Of a DNA stretch of 64,000 bases, positions 38,724 to 46,824 are shown piece by piece (positions within the stretch are counted from its first letter, which is position 1; each line of letters starts with the position of its first letter). Origin of the DNA: a virus (lineage: Duplodnaviria > Caudoviricetes); IMG/VR virus record IMGVR_UViG_3300033498_000048, positions 96,001 to 160,000 of that record; one strand, given 5' to 3'. The notes under the pieces were generated by a model. It was not told the origin of the DNA. It made no database searches and worked only from the letters and a program-made list of their open reading frames with translations. The translations under genes were made by a program, and so were the position numbers.

Positions 38724-38894
38724 TTAATTAGTAAGCAATTGCTCAATTATATTGAGTCGAAGCAATCGCATAGCCACATTTCTATTTCCACGTTGAGTCC
38801 GTTTATCCATTGAACGTGCTGTTATTCCAGTTGGAATGTGTTGGATTAATATTCCATTATTGTTCCAAATGCTTCTGGAATGGGCGATTGTATA
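38724..38894 (-). pseudogene. Release-factor (RF-1/ArfB-type) domain remnant lacking GGQ
   Basis: The open frame reads ...NNNGILIQHIPTGITARSMDKRTQRGNRNVAMRLLRLNI, resembling AVRITHxPTG...RSQHxN...AM..L. It has no upstream ATG in frame and no GGQ. Confidence 0.55.
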
Positions 38895-38954
38895 TCAATA
38901 TTACCTCTCCAGTTAATTGTTATTTCGATGTATGTCTTATCCGAACAAAAACGA

Positions 38955-39215
38955 TTAACACGATATTGAAATTCGTTTGATGCAATTTAACGAGTTTTCA
39001 GCAATATCTGAAATCGTATATTTAAACATTGTCCAAAATTCAGTTAATCCAATGTCATTTGCACTTTCTGTAATAGAATCAGACACCCATTCTTGTATTG
39101 TACCAACATATTGTTTATCTGAATTGTCCTGATTAATTTTGACAATAACATTATCATTAGACACTGAAATTGAAACAGCATAGTCTAACATATGTAAATG
39201 TGTAGTTATAATCAT
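38955..39215 (-). CDS. Hypothetical protein
   Basis: Fits the minus-strand tiling. Confidence 0.5.
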   Translation of the reverse strand: MIITTHLHMLDYAVSISVSNDNVIVKINQDNSDKQYVGTIQEWVSDSITESANDIGLTEFWTMFKYTISDIAENSLNCIKRISISC

Positions 39216-39303
39216 AATTTTTTAATATGCTCCATGTTATCTCTCAATAAGAGAAATTAAGTTTTAAATTTCTTGTAGCCATTACTCATTTCCAATTATT
39301 GAT

Positions 39304-39380
39304 TGGTAGCGAGTGCTGGAATTGAATTCCACGATAATTTCCTTATGAATGAAACACTCTACAACTTGTTTTCTAACGCA
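39304..39380 (-). pseudogene. Degenerate tRNA with CAT anticodon (pseudo-tRNA-Met/Ile2)
   Basis: The minus strand reads ...TTTCA-TTCATAA-GGAAA-TTATC-GTGGA-ATTCAAT-TCCAG-CACTCGCT-ACCA. The anticodon arm, T-arm and CCA end are recognisable, but the 5' acceptor and D arm pair poorly. Confidence 0.5.
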
Positions 39381-39897
39381 ATCTCAACAAAATGTCATCA
39401 ATTATTGGGTGTAGGTCTACATCAAGTACATTATAACCATTATCAATCACGAAATGACCATGATGTTTAATTCCAGCCTCAGATTCGTGGAACTTGATAC
39501 CATGTTTCGATTCAAACCTACTTCCAACAACTTTAACAATGATTCCACCATTATTAACAATCACATCAACTTCGTTATCAAATCTTAAATCATCAACAAT
39601 GATAACTCGACTATGGGATTCAGCAACAGCATTTAGCCATTTGTTAATCCAGATATTTGGACTAATTAAGTTTCTACCAATATCAGTGCCAAGCAATTGT
39701 AATATTTTTCGTCCATTCTCATTTTTAATTCCATCCCAACCCATCGACAATGCTAAATCTTTGACAGGTTTTGCAAATGGAATTATGGAACTAATTGAAC
39801 CAAACCCTTTATGCAAAGAATTTGCAATGGTTGTTTTTCCACTACCCTTTAATCCACTTATTCCAACTATAACCTTATTTCTGCTACTCATAATCAT
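39373..39897 (-). CDS. Deoxynucleoside monophosphate kinase (T4 gp1-like)
   Basis: GISGLKGSGKTT, FAKPVK, RKILQLLGTD and DDLRFDNE. Confidence 0.9.
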   Translation of the reverse strand: MIMSSRNKVIVGISGLKGSGKTTIANSLHKGFGSISSIIPFAKPVKDLALSMGWDGIKNENGRKILQLLGTDIGRNLISPNIWINKWLNAVAESHSRVIIVDDLRFDNEVDVIVNNGGIIVKVVGSRFESKHGIKFHESEAGIKHHGHFVIDNGYNVLDVDLHPIIDDILLRLR

Positions 39898-40048
39898 AAG
39901 TATAAAAGTCCAATAAAAATGATGTAAAAAACTGCTAATGCTTTGTCAACTGCCGATGGTTCGGAATTGTTCACACACGTTAAATCTTGTTCGTATAAAT
40001 TATAATGTTTCATTTAAAATTTCCGTTTGTTAATCTAATTGTGGTGTA

Positions 40049-40255
40049 TTACCATATGTTGTTTGGACATGATGCTCCTAAGAATTTTACTTTATATGAT
40101 ACAATACAACCACATTTACTACATTGTCCCATTAACTTAATTAGTAGTGGACAATGGTTACAACAATCAAGCCTAGACTGTTGTAACTCTGGACTAGCAT
40201 ATTTAATATTTCCAGTTATCATGTCCATTGCAACATCTATTAAACCATAACTCAT
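40049..40255 (-). CDS. Small Cys-rich protein (DUF6171-like)
   Basis: RLDCCNHC...QCSKCGC...SCP..IW. Confidence 0.7.
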   Translation of the reverse strand: MSYGLIDVAMDMITGNIKYASPELQQSRLDCCNHCPLLIKLMGQCSKCGCIVSYKVKFLGASCPNNIW

Positions 40256-40283
40256 TTGTGTTCCAAAATTGTAAATGAGTTAT

Positions 40284-40504
40284 TTATGCTTGCTCTTTAG
40301 CATCTTCTATCAGTTGTAGGTGTTTTCTGATATATCTCATCAACAACATACATTTTCAGTTTGTTTGAATGTCGCATCTCCAATATCTGAAATTGGTACA
40401 GGAAACAAAAATCCCTCAACATCAGTTTTATACCACAATTCACTTTCTGTATAATGTGAAAATGTTGCTGTTTTACCATCTTTAACCAATTCTTTGATTT
40501 CCAT
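40284..40504 (-). pseudogene. Conserved small phage gene with a 1-nt frameshift
   Basis: MEIKELVKDGKTATFSHYTESELWYKT..GFLFPVPISDIGDATFKQTE continues as MLLMRYIRKHL in another frame. The break is at the T4 run at 40353-40356. Confidence 0.65.
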
Positions 40505-40511
40505 AAAAACC

Positions 40512-40748
40512 TCAAATCATATTAATATTAACATCTGGATCCAAAACTTCTTTTATATCCAGTCCTAAGTTTCTTGCAATGTTTAATTTAATTTCATATT
40601 GGATATTTTCATCAGCCAGTTCTGCTTTAGTCCAATTATATCCAATACCATCTTTAACAATTTCTTTTTTTGTGAATCCAGCAGAAACTAATCGTTTAAT
40701 TAATCCAGATAAGGATTCATTTAAATTCATCGCCATATAATACACCAT
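40512..40748 (-). CDS. Hypothetical protein
   Basis: Lies downstream of a TTGACA-18 bp-TATAAT promoter at 40773-40802. Confidence 0.5.
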   Translation of the reverse strand: MVYYMAMNLNESLSGLIKRLVSAGFTKKEIVKDGIGYNWTKAELADENIQYEIKLNIARNLGLDIKEVLDPDVNINMI

Positions 40749-40821
40749 TAAGTTAATAGGTTAAAAATGAACATTATACGTTTAAATTGATTGTGTTGTC
40801 AACTATCATACAGATTTACAG

Positions 40822-41262
40822 TTAAGCTAATCTGTAAGTTGGAAGTTTCAACATTAACTCAATCTCCCACTCAGTATAGCCTTCCTCACGCAACAAAACC
40901 CTAACACCATTGGCACTACAATCTGGTAACTCTTTTGTTCGTCCATAAATTCTTTCTGGTAAAACAATTGATACACAAGTCATTAATCCACCCAATGAGT
41001 CATAGTCTTCATTAAAGGTTCCCCAAGGATACGGATTTTCAACTGTATCAAACATATCTACAAGATTTAACAATCCACGATAATTCTTTGCATCCAATAA
41101 GCATATGGTTTTGTGTTTACTAATCCATTCCCAAAACAGTTTGTCTTTAATTGTGACATCACATTTATACTTTAATGTCAACTCACACATTGCGTGAGTT
41201 GTTTGAATTCCATGTTGTTTATCATTTAAATATAAACCCATAACCCACGAATATAATCTCAT
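40822..41262 (-). CDS. Peptidyl-tRNA hydrolase II (Pth2)-like protein
   Basis: YL...QHGIQTTHA..E, W.W...HKTICLLD and E..DSLGG.MTCV follow the Pth2-superfamily layout. Confidence 0.55.
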   Translation of the reverse strand: MRLYSWVMGLYLNDKQHGIQTTHAMCELTLKYKCDVTIKDKLFWEWISKHKTICLLDAKNYRGLLNLVDMFDTVENPYPWGTFNEDYDSLGGLMTCVSIVLPERIYGRTKELPDCSANGVRVLLREEGYTEWEIELMLKLPTYRLA

Positions 41263-41350
41263 TATACCTTATCCTATAAATGAAAGTAAACATAAAAAAT
41301 TGCATATGCTATAGACAAAGCAACAATTGTTAAAATAACCCAATGGTATA

Positions 41351-41800
41351 TCAATTGTATTCCCCTGATTGTATAGTTATAAAGTTTGTGTTACCTACAC
41401 CAACAACATGACAGTTTTCTTCATCACCGACCAAGTAGTAAACTGTTCCAGTGAAATTTTGAATGGTGGTTGCCCATTGACAACCACTAGGAATAATAAA
41501 GTCTGGATTATATCTTAAAATTTCATCCAACTCAAACACTGCAACTAATCCAATAATTGAGCAAAATCCACCAATTACATTATCGAATACTTTTGGAACA
41601 TCTTTAATACCTTGAATTGGATTTTGTGTTTTGTAGGTGGTACATACCCAATTCCCAAACAATGTCGATTCACAAAGGTAATTCTTGAATCCAAGAGCTT
41701 CAAGGTTGTTACCATAGTCACACCTTTCCAAATCTAACTCATTGGCTATCACATAACAGGGGTCGGTAATTATAACAGTTTTAGAAGTTATATTCATCAC
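41351..41800 (-). CDS. Conserved phage hypothetical protein
   Basis: IITDPCYV, STLFGNWVCT and IGGFCS..GLVAVF.L.E. Confidence 0.65.
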   Translation of the reverse strand: MMNITSKTVIITDPCYVIANELDLERCDYGNNLEALGFKNYLCESTLFGNWVCTTYKTQNPIQGIKDVPKVFDNVIGGFCSIIGLVAVFELDEILRYNPDFIIPSGCQWATTIQNFTGTVYYLVGDEENCHVVGVGNTNFITIQSGEYN

Positions 41801-42080
41801 AATCTATCTCCTCAACAAAATCAGCAACATAAAAACGAACTATTTTATCGTGTAATAACGGATTAACGAAATCGGACATATTGTTCATAATTAAATTGAC
41901 ACTGAAATCTAACAAATCAACGTCAACTTTGGCTTCTTTCCAATATTCACATAACAATGTGTTTAACCGAGTTACCTCAACTTCAATTAATCCTTGACTA
42001 ACTTCAATCTTTTTATTTAATAAACGTGATGTTGCTATTATGTTTAATACTTTAGTGTGTTGTGCTACTGATATTGACAT
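41781..42080 (-). CDS. Hypothetical protein
   Basis: Fits the minus-strand tiling. Confidence 0.5.
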   Translation of the reverse strand: MSISVAQHTKVLNIIATSRLLNKKIEVSQGLIEVEVTRLNTLLCEYWKEAKVDVDLLDFSVNLIMNNMSDFVNPLLHDKIVRFYVADFVEEIDCDEYNF

Positions 42081-42139
42081 GATATGTGTTCCTATTAAAA
42101 ATAGTAATTACTCAATTTGTGGAACACATCATAACACAT

Positions 42140-42622
42140 CTAAAAACAATGTAAAGCCTTTTCAGTATATTTTAAATATAATTCAAACTGTCTTTTTATA
42201 ACAGTTTTCCCTACAGAATCTGGACGCTTACTATCCCACAATATACAATCTTGAAGTGTAACTACCATCGGTACATCAACACATTTAAACCCAATAATTG
42301 TAAGTTCACTTTTCAATTCCAGCCTTGTTTTTTCGTTTAGGTTGGTGTCTGCACAAATGATATTTTTTCCATTTTCAAATGCTTGTTTTGCTTTGGAAAT
42401 ATAAATCTGTGTAACCCGTTTTTCGTTAGGTTTATTGAATTTCCAAAGTTTCCACAATTCACCTGGAATTATCTCACGCTTATTCCATTTAGACAATATT
42501 TCTTTGCGTATGTCATCGCGACATACAATCTGCCATAATGACGGGTCAAATGTTTTTGCTAAAGTTGTTTTGCCAGAACCACTTGGTCCAATTAAAATAT
42601 TTGCTATTAATACAACACTCAC
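42140..42622 (-). CDS. Stand-alone polynucleotide 5'-kinase domain (PseT N-terminal/AAA_33)
   Basis: LIGPSGSGKTT, VCRDDIR, ADTNLN, C...D..RPDSVG..VI. The GTG start at 42622 follows a GGAG RBS. Confidence 0.85.
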   Translation of the reverse strand: MSVVLIANILIGPSGSGKTTLAKTFDPSLWQIVCRDDIRKEILSKWNKREIIPGELWKLWKFNKPNEKRVTQIYISKAKQAFENGKNIICADTNLNEKTRLELKSELTIIGFKCVDVPMVVTLQDCILWDSKRPDSVGKTVIKRQFELYLKYTEKALHCF

Positions 42623-42666
42623 ATCAAACTCCACAAAAATATGGGGCTGTAGTAGCCCCACAATTA

Positions 42667-42945
42667 CTAACAAGATTGACTTGATGCTGACCAACCACCA
42701 TCATAATCACCATCCGAACAACCTGAATCAGACCATCCATCTTCACCCTCACAGTCTGATGATACCCATTGATTTCTTGGATGATATGAACCACCCATAC
42801 CATACGATGGTCCATCAAAGATAAAACTGACTTTATGCTCATCCGCAATACTTTCACATTCCGACAACAGTTCGATAATTTTAGTCAATCTTTCATTGAT
42901 TTCTTCATTTGCTTGGGTGCTGTTTACAATTTCATTAATTTCCAT
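42667..42945 (-). CDS. Small acidic protein ending W-S-A-SS-Q-S-C (paralogue of 11164..11415)
   Basis: Internally repeated W.xS.C motifs (WVSSDC, WSDSGC, WSASSQSC). Confidence 0.65.
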   Translation of the reverse strand: MEINEIVNSTQANEEINERLTKIIELLSECESIADEHKVSFIFDGPSYGMGGSYHPRNQWVSSDCEGEDGWSDSGCSDGDYDGGWSASSQSC

Positions 42946-43312
42946 TAAGTTCTCCGTTTTTATTTAAAGTTATATTTTTATCAATGACCTTGATTGGTTC
43001 AATGATAGTTTGTTCAAAATCTGCTAATATTTTGTTATATTGATATACACTTAACTCCAAAACATCCGTTGGAATTATATTCGGAACATTCCAAGTTCCA
43101 TTTCCACAATCAAATATTGTGAGTTTTGCATTAGGTAATCCATCACACATACCACTGAACTTAAATGACATTACAACATTGTTATCTACGCTTTTCAGTA
43201 TTTGTTCCAACGTAATGTCTCGTTGCCATTGTCCAGTGTTACTATTTTCAATGAAGTGTTTAAGGGAAGTTCTCGATAACTCGCCAAAAGTTAAGTTGTT
43301 GAAGGTATCCAC
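42935..43312 (-). CDS. Hypothetical protein
   Basis: Fits the minus-strand tiling. Confidence 0.55.
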   Translation of the reverse strand: MDTFNNLTFGELSRTSLKHFIENSNTGQWQRDITLEQILKSVDNNVVMSFKFSGMCDGLPNAKLTIFDCGNGTWNVPNIIPTDVLELSVYQYNKILADFEQTIIEPIKVIDKNITLNKNGELNGN

Positions 43313-43617
43313 CTTAATCCCTTAGTATATAGTTTAAAAACAAATGGAGACCTATAATCTCTATGCGTACCGATGACCCAAGTAATATCACCATCAACTA
43401 ACACTTCTGCCACAGATTCAAAATCATGTAAATCCCAGAATACCTTTTCGATGTTGGAAAACGGACCACATGAAATACTGGTTGGAAATACGAGCATTCT
43501 TGGATTATGTTTACGCAATTCAGTTACGATATGTTGCGTTGAAACGTATTCCGTGTGTTTTGCTTTTTCATTCTCGGTACAACACCATAATAGATACTCT
43601 ATCGTATCTTTAGTCAT
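43291..43617 (-). CDS. Hypothetical protein
   Basis: Fits the minus-strand tiling, with RBS GGAG upstream. Confidence 0.55.
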   Translation of the reverse strand: MTKDTIEYLLWCCTENEKAKHTEYVSTQHIVTELRKHNPRMLVFPTSISCGPFSNIEKVFWDLHDFESVAEVLVDGDITWVIGTHRDYRSPFVFKLYTKGLRWIPSTT

Positions 43618-43633
43618 AATATTAACTCCATAA

Positions 43634-44059
43634 TTATAATTTATTACAAAATTGCTTAAATGTCAACTTTTCAACCACGACTTCCTTACTTGACGAATAA
43701 AACTTTTTAACTCGCATAATCGTTTTAGCCAATATGTTAATTTTTTTAGTCTTTCTGTCATAGGATATTTGAATTGGAATATTAATATCAGTAGATAATG
43801 AGTGAATTAATCTATCAATGTCATCGTCTGTTCCTAGATGCGATAAATCAACTCCAAACTTATCATATAATGATGTATAAATCATTACCAATTCAGATGT
43901 CGTTATTTGTTTTTTGTTCCTACTATCATTTAACCTATCAAAAAAGTGGTTGGTGAAAACTATATCTAAGCCCAATTTATTAAATAAGTTATCTAAATGT
44001 TTTTCAATTATTCTTAATTGGGTTTTTGAAATTGGTTGTTCATCATTTGTTCCAGGCAC
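43634..44059 (-). CDS. Conserved T4-like-phage protein with HFxDR motif
   Basis: LGLDIVFTNHFFDRLNDSRNKKQIT..EL...DINIP...KTIMR. A late-like ATAAATA lies at 44082-44088. Confidence 0.7.
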   Translation of the reverse strand: MPGTNDEQPISKTQLRIIEKHLDNLFNKLGLDIVFTNHFFDRLNDSRNKKQITTSELVMIYTSLYDKFGVDLSHLGTDDDIDRLIHSLSTDINIPIQISYDRKTKKINILAKTIMRVKKFYSSSKEVVVEKLTFKQFCNKL

Positions 44060-44152
44060 AATATAATCCTTTAAATGACAATATTTATTGAATTATACCA
44101 TTTAACCAAAGCTGCAAACAAGCACATATTAAATGATAATCGACTATGGATT

Positions 44153-44350
44153 CTATTTTAATAGACTTTTTTCTAAAAGTTTCTCACCAGCATTAACATC
44201 ACTTTCGGTAATTATCTTATATACACCTCCATTTAAAATCCTGAAATAACATAATTTACCTGCTACTATTCCATATTCTACTTTGTGAACGGTTGAAATA
44301 TCACCATTACCATAGTCTATAGCTATGAGTTTACTACCTTTAATATCCAT
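44153..44350 (-). CDS. Hypothetical protein
   Basis: RBS GGAG upstream. Confidence 0.45.
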   Translation of the reverse strand: MDIKGSKLIAIDYGNGDISTVHKVEYGIVAGKLCYFRILNGGVYKIITESDVNAGEKLLEKSLLK

Positions 44351-44380
44351 TTAATTCTCCAAAAAAACTTCATTGTACAA

Positions 44381-44671
44381 TCATTTTTCGACATCCAACA
44401 AGGTATTGTCTAGTGTTATTGTCAATTGAATAAATCGAGTGTGGAGTGACTCCAGTTTAATGTGTATCGTTTCATAATAAGCAATTAATTCACACAATTC
44501 ACCTGTATGGACGTTAGTATTTTTAATCCAACAAACAAGTCTATAAAATGTGATTATTGTTGACTCGTATAAGCTAACACCAACAATCTTTAATGAAACT
44601 ATGCTTAGTAGTCCAATTATTTTGACTTGTTTGTTTATTAACATCTGACTAACTCGCATGGAATGGAACAA
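44381..44671 (-). CDS. Hypothetical protein
   Basis: Fits the minus-strand tiling; the start is uncertain. Confidence 0.4.
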   Translation of the reverse strand: MFHSMRVSQMLINKQVKIIGLLSIVSLKIVGVSLYESTIITFYRLVCWIKNTNVHTGELCELIAYYETIHIKLESLHTRFIQLTITLDNTLLDVEK

Positions 44672-44683
44672 TACATAAAAAGA

Positions 44684-45079
44684 CTAAACAACTTTAGCCC
44701 ATGAAATAAGTCTATAAATTAAAATTGCTGTTTTTTCACTAACAAAACCCAACCTAATTCTAGTTAATTTACCACCACTGAAAATCAAATATTCTAACAA
44801 TTGGTTTCGCTTGTTTAAGCTAATGTGTGCGTTTTGTAACTGTTTTTTACACATGGAAACAGATTCTTCTGGATAACATGGGAAAAAATATAATTCATCA
44901 TTCAAGTTTGCAATAGTTTTGCGTACATTTGCAATTTCACTTTTAACAATACCAATTTGCTCAGTGATATAAAGATTGCACAACTTACATAGATTTGCCT
45001 TTGTTTTGTTGGACTTTTCCAATGAAATTTGTGCTAATTGGTTATTTAACTCGCTTTTGATTTGTTTAATTGTTTTCAT
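44684..45079 (-). CDS. Hypothetical coiled-coil protein
   Basis: TAATG coupling with the upstream gene. Confidence 0.55.
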   Translation of the reverse strand: MKTIKQIKSELNNQLAQISLEKSNKTKANLCKLCNLYITEQIGIVKSEIANVRKTIANLNDELYFFPCYPEESVSMCKKQLQNAHISLNKRNQLLEYLIFSGGKLTRIRLGFVSEKTAILIYRLISWAKVV

Positions 45080-45849
45080 TATAAATTTACTCCACCCAAT
45101 TCAAGTTTCAATGACAACTTACTTTGTTGCCTGTTGTAAGGTTTACTCATTTCATAGTACCCTGATGTATCATAATCACATAATTTCAAATTGAAGTTTG
45201 GAAGCTCAAGTCTATTGATGTGAAATGAATCAGTGTAGTATTTGGCATATAATAACTGAAAATCAGCGATTGTCAATTTCTTATTTTTAATACCACTTAA
45301 AAACAATTCATCCCTAAACATGATTTTCAAGTAATCAAAAAAACAATGTTTTCTATTCCTATCAACTCTTTTTGGAGTAGGTGGATTATCAATTGACATC
45401 GTGAATACATCAATGCTATTGATAATATCTTTAATACCAAGTTCTAATAGACTAATTTTATGAATCACGGATTGTGACCAACCATATTCTGAGTGTGAAC
45501 GTAACCAATCTAGTATGTCAAAATTATTTACGTCAAATTCACGGTCTAACATTTTATTGGAATACACCCATGTGCCGTTATTGTATATTCCACGAAATTG
45601 GTCATATTCAATCAGGTGTAATACTCCATCTGGAACCACACAGTAACCTTGTTCAATTAGCAATCCAATACCATGATTAAAACTTTTAATTTGTTTAACT
45701 TTAACTCCAGTAAAGTTATATTCAGCATACACATCATCATCAACAATTCTCAACCAATATACTTTACTATATGGATGTAAGAATTGTTCAATAGACATAA
45801 CTGGCAGTCCAACCATCTTCTTAATAATTGGAATTTGAAATTTTTTCAC
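45079..45849 (-). CDS. Hypothetical protein
   Basis: 256-aa ORF with coupled start/stop codons. Confidence 0.65.
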   Translation of the reverse strand: MKKFQIPIIKKMVGLPVMSIEQFLHPYSKVYWLRIVDDDVYAEYNFTGVKVKQIKSFNHGIGLLIEQGYCVVPDGVLHLIEYDQFRGIYNNGTWVYSNKMLDREFDVNNFDILDWLRSHSEYGWSQSVIHKISLLELGIKDIINSIDVFTMSIDNPPTPKRVDRNRKHCFFDYLKIMFRDELFLSGIKNKKLTIADFQLLYAKYYTDSFHINRLELPNFNLKLCDYDTSGYYEMSKPYNRQQSKLSLKLELGGVNL

Positions 45850-46139
45850 TATACCTCCATTTTATACAACCAATCAACAGGAATATTAGCATTAATGTCG
45901 TAACAACAGCCTTCAAACTGAAATTCAACGACATCGGTATAATCTCGTACAATTTTAGTTCCAGCAACAGTAACAATTTTTTCAAACTCGCCATCCTCTG
46001 GAGTTTCAACCACAATTTTTATCTTATCTCCTTTTTTTATGGAAGTTGCTTTTTTGTAACCTTTTCTTCTACTGATTTTGCTTCCACTCTTAACTTCAAT
46101 AACATTTTCATACAATATGGCTGAACTTGAATGCGACAT
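45849..46139 (-). CDS. Small SH3/KOW-like hypothetical protein
   Basis: SIKKGDKIKIVV...VTVAG; lies downstream of a promoter. Confidence 0.55.
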   Translation of the reverse strand: MSHSSSAILYENVIEVKSGSKISRRKGYKKATSIKKGDKIKIVVETPEDGEFEKIVTVAGTKIVRDYTDVVEFQFEGCCYDINANIPVDWLYKMEV

Positions 46140-46169
46140 GATTATTTACCCCTTGTTTGAATTTTTTAC

Positions 46170-46198
46170 ATTATAGTTATTTGAAATTAAGATGTCAA
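46170..46198 (-). promoter_or_regulatory. Sigma70-like early promoter next to repeat cluster I
   Basis: Perfect TTGACA-17 bp-TATAAT. Confidence 0.8.
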
Positions 46199-46238
46199 CT
46201 ATTAATTTGTAATAAAAATACTAGCGACTGTCCACCAA

Positions 46239-46791
46239 GAATCAATGAGTTAGCACTTACAGGTTGGTGTTAGTTATATAACTGTTCCAAGTGCTAACTC
46301 ATTGATTCGTATAGTGTAATTAATTGTTATTAACTATCAATAGGTTAGCACTTACAGACATTAAGTAATTATAGGGACGCTTCAAGAGTGTATCATTCAT
46401 TGTCAATTATTAAAATCAATGAGTTAGCACTTGCACTGGTCTTATAATTAACTAACTGTTCCAAGTGCTAACCACTTGTTTAATATACATAAAGTTAATT
46501 AGTATAACTATCAATAGGTTAGCACTTATAGACTGGTATTAGTTATATAACTGTTGCAAGTGCTAACCTATTGATAGTTGGTTGTCCAAACCATTGAGGT
46601 GTAGTTAAAAATTGGAACAAATATGTAACTAATTGTGTTGAATAGCTAAAATCAATGAGTTAGCACTTACAGCGTGGTATTAATTACTTAATTGTTCCAA
46701 GTGCTAACCTATTGATTTAATTGAGAATGGTACAAGGTAATAATATCAACGACTTAGCACTTGGACGGTGTTATTAATTATCCAAGTGCTA
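46239..46791. repeat. Inverted-repeat element cluster I (6 copies)
   Basis: Copies at 46239-46308, 46335-46400 (degenerate right arm), 46413-46481, 46506-46579 (perfect 22-bp arms), 46649-46718 and 46743-46791 (21-bp core, truncated). Confidence 0.95.
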
Positions 46792-46824
46792 TTTTTATGA
46801 GTGGAACATTTCCACAATTGAATA

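Noticed and set aside
40297-40515. 72-aa minus-strand ORF MRFLWKSKN...
   Set aside because: It is an alternative frame of the frameshifted conserved gene 40284..40504.
46239-46791. Repeat array as a CRISPR or TIGR-like guide array
   Set aside because: The 30-bp inserts share a consensus and are not unique spacers. The flanks are inverted rather than direct repeats, inter-unit linkers vary in length, and no cas or tas-like gene is seen.
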